A stretch of DNA of 64,000 nt from Utricularia gibba (lineage: Eukaryota > Plantae > Magnoliophyta): the NCBI GenBank assembly GCA_002189035.1, contig CM007991.1, positions 3,720,001 through 3,784,000 of the forward strand, given 5' to 3'. The number at the start of each line of letters is the position of its first letter. Within the stretch, counting starts at the first letter, position 1. The notes under the pieces are model-generated. The model worked only from the letters and a program-made list of their open reading frames with translations. It did not search any database and had not been told where the DNA came from. Shown here one piece after another: positions 57,146-64,000 of this stretch. The position numbers and the translations under genes are program-made.

Positions 57146-58488
57146 TTACAGTGGAAGTTCTCCACTGTCTGCAATCACCACTTTGCTCTTGGGTGTTCCA
57201 CTCTGCCTGCCTTCAGCCTCAACCTTGTAAACAACATCCATCCCGGACAGCACCTTTCCGAACACCACGTGACGGCCATCTAACCTGTTATCAGGCCATT
57301 TCTCGAGTGGTTAGTATGGTCCATTACAGTGGAAGGAGCTCTGTAAGAAAGGCTTGCTGCATACCAACTGGTTGTCACGGTGGTGATGAAGAACTGAGAG
57401 CCGTTGGTGTCAGTACCCGCATTTGCCATTGAAAGAAGGCCTGGGGTTCATGGAGATGAAGCAGTTTGATCCATTTTGTTTCTTTTTTTCATGAGATGAC
57501 AGAGAGGAAACAGTTGTGTACCAGGTCCTGTATGCTTGATCTTGAAATTCTCATCGGCGAACTTCTCCCCGTATATTGATTCTCCACCCCTTCCATCTCC
57601 CAGAGTGAAGTCCCCTCCTTGAATCATGAAGCTGGGGATAATTCTGTGGAACGCGCTTCCCTTGTAATGGAGAGGCTTGCCTTGTTTCCCAACGCCCTTC
57701 TCTCCTAAAAAAGATCACTCCATCCACGATTTAAGTGCCCCAATCTTCCCATTCAAAATCATAAGGTATTTATTGATGAACAAGTTTTGTTACCTGTGCA
57801 TAGGGCTCTAAAATTTTCTGCGGAGGAGCAATTGAACAGACAGACAAACAATCACTCTGTGAACTAGTCGATGTAACAGCATAAGCATCTTAAAAATCCA
57901 ACGTACCTGCTGTCTTTGGAACGGTTTTCCCAAAGAGGCCCATTGTAATACGTCCTAAACAGAAGTAAAAACATACACATTTTCTAGGGACTTCCCAATG
58001 ATCTCAATGTCAGAGAAACTGGGAGAATGAGATCATACCAGCTGGCTTCCCATCGATCTCAATGTCAAAGAAGACTTTATGCGTCACTTCCTTAAGGTTT
58101 TCCTTGGGCTTAGCCTGCAGTAAAAGGTACCAAATTCCCTGAAACCACAGTCAAATTCAAGGGAGCACACTAGAGACGCAAAGGTTGTAATCCTTAGAAC
58201 AAAAGGATCTGCTGCATCCATCAGATCCTACAATCCCAGGCTCCTTAATCAACTCACTAGAGAAGCATTTATTTTCCACCAAAAGCCACACGCATCCCAA
58301 AATAAAAGACGAAGCAACTGCGACGAAATCCACAAATCGAAAAAAACAACACTGAACATCCCAAATCGACAACCGAAAACACTTTCCCATCACAAAATCG
58401 AAGCGAGAAGAGGAAGACGAACCTGCACGAGAGTCACAGTGAAGGCAAAAAGCAGTAACGGCACGAAGAGCCTCCCCCGTATCGCCAT
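57146..58488 (-). CDS. CYP20-1: Secretory-pathway cyclophilin (peptidyl-prolyl isomerase), CYP20-1/CYP19-4 type
   Basis: Signal peptide [22 protein letters not shown]|[77 protein letters not shown], end DSGELPL. Confidence 0.93.
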
Positions 58489-58866
58489 TTTCATCTTCGA
58501 CGCCGAAAACCTCGATCTTTTCTTTTAACTTCACTCTGTGAGTTAAAAAAAAAAAAAAAAAAACTGTCATGTCACGGCAACCAATCACATACTGCAACGT
58601 GGAAGCATGACGTGTACTTCGACTTTCTGCCAGCTAGCAATGAAAATTATTAAAATGATTTTCCAATAAAAAGAAAAAAGAGGAACGGATGCACAACCAG
58701 AAGAACACAGTGTGGCGTGCGTACAGAGCAGGCGACAAATCGATCATCTTCAAGCACGCACTCACTCACCCAGGCAAACACACTCACTCTCAGGCCAGAT
58801 ACAGAAGACGACGAGAAAGAAGCAGATGATACAACGGCAGCGTGTGGGAACAGAGAGGACAGATTT

Positions 58867-61846
58867 CTATGAGATGTCAATATGAATGAGAAGTCTGGAG
58901 TGTTCCAGCTTCTCGCCCTTGCGATCGAAGAGAGGAACCGCTCGTATTCCGGTTCTCAACTCCGACACAGGTAGACATGTCTGCCCAGCGAAGTCATCCT
59001 TCTCCGACATGTCGTATTCGTGCACTTCGATTCGCAGAAGGGCGATCTCTGGTATGGTGAGAGGGAACGTGAACTCTTCGTTCCATACAGGAGTCCAGTT
59101 GTCTTCTTTTTTCTTGGTTTTTTTCATTACTTCATCTGCAGGAGCACCAGCTATACCAATCTGGGGAAAAAACGTGATCATCATCGTGGTGAACAGGTAA
59201 GTGAACTAGAGATTCACAATGTAGCTTCTGATCATGGGCTTATTCCTGTGGCTATCACCTTCTCAAGGTTTCCATGAAATTGAATACTCAAGGAATTTGG
59301 GCAAAAAAAAAAAAAAAAAAAGATTGGAGTGGCCTTGCTTACCCTGGTGTAGAAGTCAGGTGGGGAATACAAATCAAAGTGAGTTTGCTTAAAATCCAAG
59401 TGCCATCCATCTCCCATGTAGACTTTGACCTGCCATGGAGTTGTTCCATATTGAAGGCATTTGGATGGATGCAATGAATCAACTAAGAGGAGCAGAGGAA
59501 CAAACCATATATTTCATTGTTTTCTGCAGTTAAATAGTTTTATCTCAATACAGCGATTAGGGTGCCTCACCTTGAGGTTTTTCTTTACAGGGAGTTCATC
59601 TTTGGGGTCGAAAACACCGCCTGAACCAGCAGCCATGAGAATGTCGGGTTTTTTCACATATCCACAGCCACCATTTCCCCTGAACATGCCTTGCATCAAC
59701 CAAAGTGATCTTCCGTGCCCCTGTTAATTCACTGACAACTTACTGTTATTTGATCTAGTTCAGAAAACAAGAAAAGTCACAGTGTTTCGTGGAGTTCATA
59801 ACATTTTTTATGGATGAAGGTCCAGACTGCAAAATGAATTCTAGAAAAACCAGAGAAATCTAAATAGTGGAATGAGATGTTGCATTGGACCTGCATATTG
59901 AATGCAACCATCTGAGCACCATGCAGCCAGCCAATCTGAGGCTTGAAGTTTGATGAGTTAAACCGAGTTCCCTTGGGGTATACTCGTAGAATATTTTGTT
60001 GAGTGAACCTAACAAGGGGTACGAAATCATTCAAACAGCAAATACGAGTGCTGAAACACCAGGCATGTGTACCTTTCATGTTGAAGGGGTGAATACATAG
60101 TGCAGAAAATACCTTACAATATCTGCTCCATGAGTGACAGCTGCCTTTTCAAGAGCTTGCTCACTAAGACTCAATCGTCTTACTTTCCCTAGTTCAACTT
60201 TCAATGCTTCATCAATACCCCCTTTTGGTTTTCCAGCATGGATAGCTATAAGTTTTCTATATTCTGGGGCTTCATGAATCTTGGAATCATGCTCATTTTC
60301 ATCTTTATCAATTGCACTGCCATCAATAAGTTCATCAACGCTCTGTGTGCCATAAAAGGTTGAAACTTTTTAGCTAGCACCAAATATCTGTAGGAAATAT
60401 TGGTGAGATTTCCTTCCTTACCTTCTCGTCATCATCTCGTTCATTTGCAGTGAGATTTGAAGGCTCCATTCCCCAGATATCTTCTTCCTCAGTATCTTTT
60501 TTCTCCAGTGAACTAGTCCTTTTATCCTTATCAGCATGAGCTTCAAGATACTCCTTTGGAGGTTTTGTTGAAATAATTACACGATGTTTCAACTCCTCTG
60601 GGGAAGGAAATTCCTCTAAATAATCTGATTCTGGACAGAATATCAGCTCTCCAAATGTTTGAGAGAGCATCTGTGAAGATAACATGCCATCATTACAATA
60701 CTCAAGTCATGCTTCACTGGAGAGGAAACCAGTATTTCAAGGAATGGTGAGATAGCAGCATATCTCAACACGAAAGAGCACTCACCTGGGCAACTTTAGC
60801 TTGGAGATCAGGAGTAAGATGATCTTCCAATGTTATTACAACAGGGTATGGAGAAGCAGAAAAGGCATGCTCCTTTATAGACTTAAGACATTTTCTTAAT
60901 TCAACTGGCGTTGTCGCAGTTCTACAGATCAGCAGTTAAGCAAAATCAACTGAGATGCAGACACTGAGAAAGAAACAAAAGTTGCTACAAGAGGAGCAGT
61001 CTCAGGTACCTTCCATGAAGAACATGAACATCATCCTTGCTCGAATTAGGCCAGATGTCGAGTTCTATTACCCTCACTCCTTTCTTTAGTGCCTTTATTA
61101 TTGGAACGTCGCTGCAGTCACTTGTGAGCTGATTCCCAGTAAGGTAAGAGTTGTGGCCCGTGTATATGAAGTAGTGAGACATGGGAGCCGTCATGTCTTG
61201 GTGAACCTGCAACCAGAACTCATCTAGTTCTTATTAGATTGAGATGCCCAGGAAAACTTAGTTTCTGAAATATCAAGAACTTGGGTTTTCATGATTGACG
61301 GCAATTGCATCATCTTTCGTCCGAGGAATAAAAAAAAAGGGGGACAGTCGGCAGCAGTTACACCTGCTTTATCTTTCTCCTGCCTACAGGATTAGCCCAT
61401 GGTACAAAATTGTTTTTTTTTTGTTTTGCATTTGTAGGTTCTGCTACCAGAGGTAGAAGAGATCCCAGATCTCAGCAACACCTACCCATCTAAAAAAACA
61501 AGAGCAGACAAATCAATTCAAGCCCATCAAATACCTTGTTACCGATCGGAAAATTAAGATCGGTGGAGAAGAGGTAGTGGTGGAAATCCTCAAGAGTTAT
61601 GGAGTGCCGAGCTAATTTAGTAATGTGATGTCGCCTCTGCAGGATCTGCTGCACAATACCCTCAGCGTCCACGGTGCTCTCCTTCTCGCCCTGAACCTCA
61701 ACCAGAAACCGACGAAGCTGTTCGGCCGTCATGTTACTCCCGTTGCCCGCATACTTCCGGAATGCATCCTTAACATCCTCCGGCGGCTCCGCCTCCGTGA
61801 CCCTGTACTTCCGAGTGAAACACATACAAATCCGGTAACTACCCAT
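58867..61846 (-). CDS. Phosphoinositide-specific phospholipase C (EF-X-Y-C2), PLC4-like
   Basis: [97 protein letters not shown]2 domain [24 protein letters not shown]. Confidence 0.96.
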
Positions 61847-62246
61847 TATCGGCCACGCCCACAAAGAATCACCGACAGGCGCAGATGTGTGTGAACCCCC
61901 CGGAATAGTTGAAAAAGGAAAAAATAGAAGAATGAGGGATCCAATGAGCTCACGTCACTTGCGAAGAGGATAAAGGAATTGAAATTGATGCCTACAGGCT
62001 ACTGTGGATTGGGTCCATCACAAAAAAGAGGGCTCTTTTTCCGTTTTCCAGTCTCCACCAACGGCTGTTACTGATTGGCAACTTGGGCGTGGGCGGCTGT
62101 CTTCTTCTTCCTCCACGTGCCCACGTCCCGGATATTTTGATTGCGGTGGAACCCAAACGGACCCGTTTCTCCTTCCCTCCATAACATCTTCCATAATTGC
62201 CTCCCCGGAAAACATTCAACGGCGGGCGGGCCCTATGAGACGACCG

Positions 62247-62835
62247 TGAATTTCTTTCTTTTTCTTGAGAGGGGCCGACTTTAAATTTCCTAATTTTTGG
62301 GGGACCATCATGAATTTCAACACATTGTTCTATTTTAATTTTTTAAAGATAAATTTTTTAAAAATATTTAATGGAGTAATAATTCATTCAAATCAATCAT
62401 CAAATACACTTAATTATTTACATTATATTTATTTGTTATATCATAAATTAATTTAAACTATAAATATTTAATTTCAATAGAATATTAGTCACTCTTTTGA
62501 TTTCAAATAACTTAAAGTATGACATATGATATGATCTTATTATTTTAATTTTTAATTACGTCTCTTATATAAAAACTTTATGATCAATTTCAAATCTGTT
62601 TTTTGGATCCATTCAGGGTGTAAGTTGCACCATCCTTCAATACACAATCAATTATGAATTTCTTTCTTTTTATGGAAGGGGCCAATTTTCAATTTCCTTA
62701 ATTTATTGGGGCAATCATGAATTTAAACATACATACTTTATTTTTCAATTATCAGTTTCTTTCTTTTTCTAAGAGAGACGGACTCTGAATTTCCTTATTT
62801 TAGAGGGGGGAGTCATGAATTCAATACTATACATT
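62247..62835. repeat. Three diverged copies of a ~80-bp unit (62247-62326, 62655-62735, 62757-62835)
   Basis: Each reads TTTCTTT(C)TTTT...AG(G)GG.CC/GAC...AATTTCCT(T)A.TTT..(T)GGGG...(A)TCATGAATT..A..AC. Confidence 0.75.
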
Positions 62836-63710
62836 ATTTTAATAACAATCACCATCAAGTCGATTATTTATTGAAGCCATGTTTGGAAAAATCAATTCAA
62901 AATTGATTTAATAAATTAAAAATTCTAATAAAATAATATTTGATATATATTTGGAATTTCGTTTTTTAAAAATAATTATTATACAATTCATTATATTTGG
63001 AATATAAAAAATAAGAAATGATTTTTATAAATAAATGACATATTTGTCCATACTTATTAATAATTATATTTTGTATAAACAAATTCTTATTTTAATACTG
63101 AAAATCAATGGTTCTTATATTGCCAATTAAAAATTTATAGAATCCTACCTCAAATAAGTTGAATAAAATTTTGATTAAAAATATAAATTAATATTTTTTC
63201 AAATGATATTAATTGTAATTTTTTATTAATAAATGGATGTAATATTAAATTCATTTATCAAAATCAATTCTTAAAAAATAATTCTACATCAGAAACTATT
63301 CATCCATAATTCTCATATAATTGAATTATTTCTAAAAAAATCAATTTCTCTAAGAGAATCAGAAATCTTTTAACGATACAATCAATTCTATAAGAACATG
63401 AATTATTTTAATAGAATAAAATTGAGCCCAAAATTATATTTTTTAAAGTTTGGGTTTTTGTACAGTATTTATTTCCAATAATATTATATATTTATTAAAA
63501 TAAAATATTCTTTGCATTTCCCGTCTCCTTCCTCGAGACGATCTGGAAGAAGAACAAGTCCCCTTCCCTCAAGTACACGTGTTTGAATCCGGCGACGCGG
63601 ATTGTGGTAGATTTTTCTTCTGAGAAGTCTGTGATCCACAAATGTATATATATGTGTCTAATCTCTGCATCTTCACTCCATGATTATAGTTGCTGCAAAG
63701 TCTCATATCC

Positions 63711-63908
63711 ATGGCCGTCATCAGCTCACAGTTCTGCGTCGGAACCCCGGTGACTCTTACCATCGTCCCGAGGTTGTTCACTTCCGATGAAGTCGTCGAC
63801 GTTGACGGAAGGATTGTGTTCAAGATCAACGCCGTGCCCTTCAACTTACACTCTCAGCACACGCTGCTTGATGCCGGCGGGAACCCCATCGTCACCTTTA
63901 ACCGGAAG
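63711..63908 (+). CDS. LURP-one-related (Tubby C-2 / LOR) protein, exon 1; gene continues past the window
   Basis: MAVISSQFCVGTPVTLTIV...VVDVDGRIVFKI...HTLLDAGGNPIVTFNRK followed by a GT donor at 63909. Matches the LOR exon-1 pattern VI..QFC...V.L...D..GN..FKV...L.DA.GNP..T...K. Confidence 0.85.
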
Positions 63909-64000
63909 GTAGAGCCAGATCAGCTTCTTCTACTGTAAATCGGGAGACGAGACCCCTTTTATGTAAATAAAGTGATCTTGTTTGTTCCCAGCTGTCGTCT

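Noticed and set aside
61992-62249. Short ORFs on both strands upstream of PLC
   Set aside because: No recognisable motif. The segment holds a G-box, CCAAT and GC-rich promoter elements, which explain its composition.
32228-63908. Defence or metabolic gene cluster (SARD4, GH3, MYB, ASA, NPC1, ABCG31, PLC, LURP)
   Set aside because: The genes do not form one pathway and are interleaved with housekeeping-type genes. Several neighbours (ABCG31 with cyclophilin, cyclophilin with PLC) are, as I recall, also adjacent in Arabidopsis, so ancestral synteny suffices.
1-64000. CRISPR arrays, rRNA, tRNA, autonomous transposase or RT ORFs, organellar insertions
   Set aside because: None recognisable; all long ORFs are explained by spliced nuclear host genes.

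Overview
Gene-dense angiosperm (eudicot-like) nuclear DNA with short GT-AG introns and AT-rich spacers; no prokaryotic-type features, rRNA or tRNA were seen. About 21 protein genes can be read, in order: BAG chaperone regulator (cut by the left edge), BIG BROTHER-type RING-H2 ligase, LBD36-like LOB factor, At5g52430-like Pro/Ser-rich protein, At5g52420-like membrane protein, RPL36, plastid SLH-domain protein, CPSF100, remorin, MSBP, SARD4-like, cytosolic GH3 beta-glucosidase, DIVARICATA-like MYB, MEE59-like, anthranilate synthase alpha, NPC1, ABCG31, CYP20-1-like cyclophilin, PI-PLC and a LURP-one-related gene (cut by the right edge). The most notable unannotated element is a 689-bp Pack-MULE-like element (39392-40080). 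It has ~87-bp terminal inverted repeats and an 11-bp target-site duplication, carries a decayed IRX15/DUF579 gene fragment, and sits upstream of the DIV-like MYB. The LBD36-like gene has an in-frame TGA between its LOB domain and an intact 150-codon tail, and lies between two ~570-bp direct repeats with an unidentified decayed gene fragment. Seven frameshifts in five genes, including essential CPSF100, are each repaired by adding one G on the coding strand. This most likely reflects homopolymer under-calling in the assembly, not biology. I found no solid evidence for a wholly new biological system. All identifications are by eye and from recalled family motifs; no searches were run.
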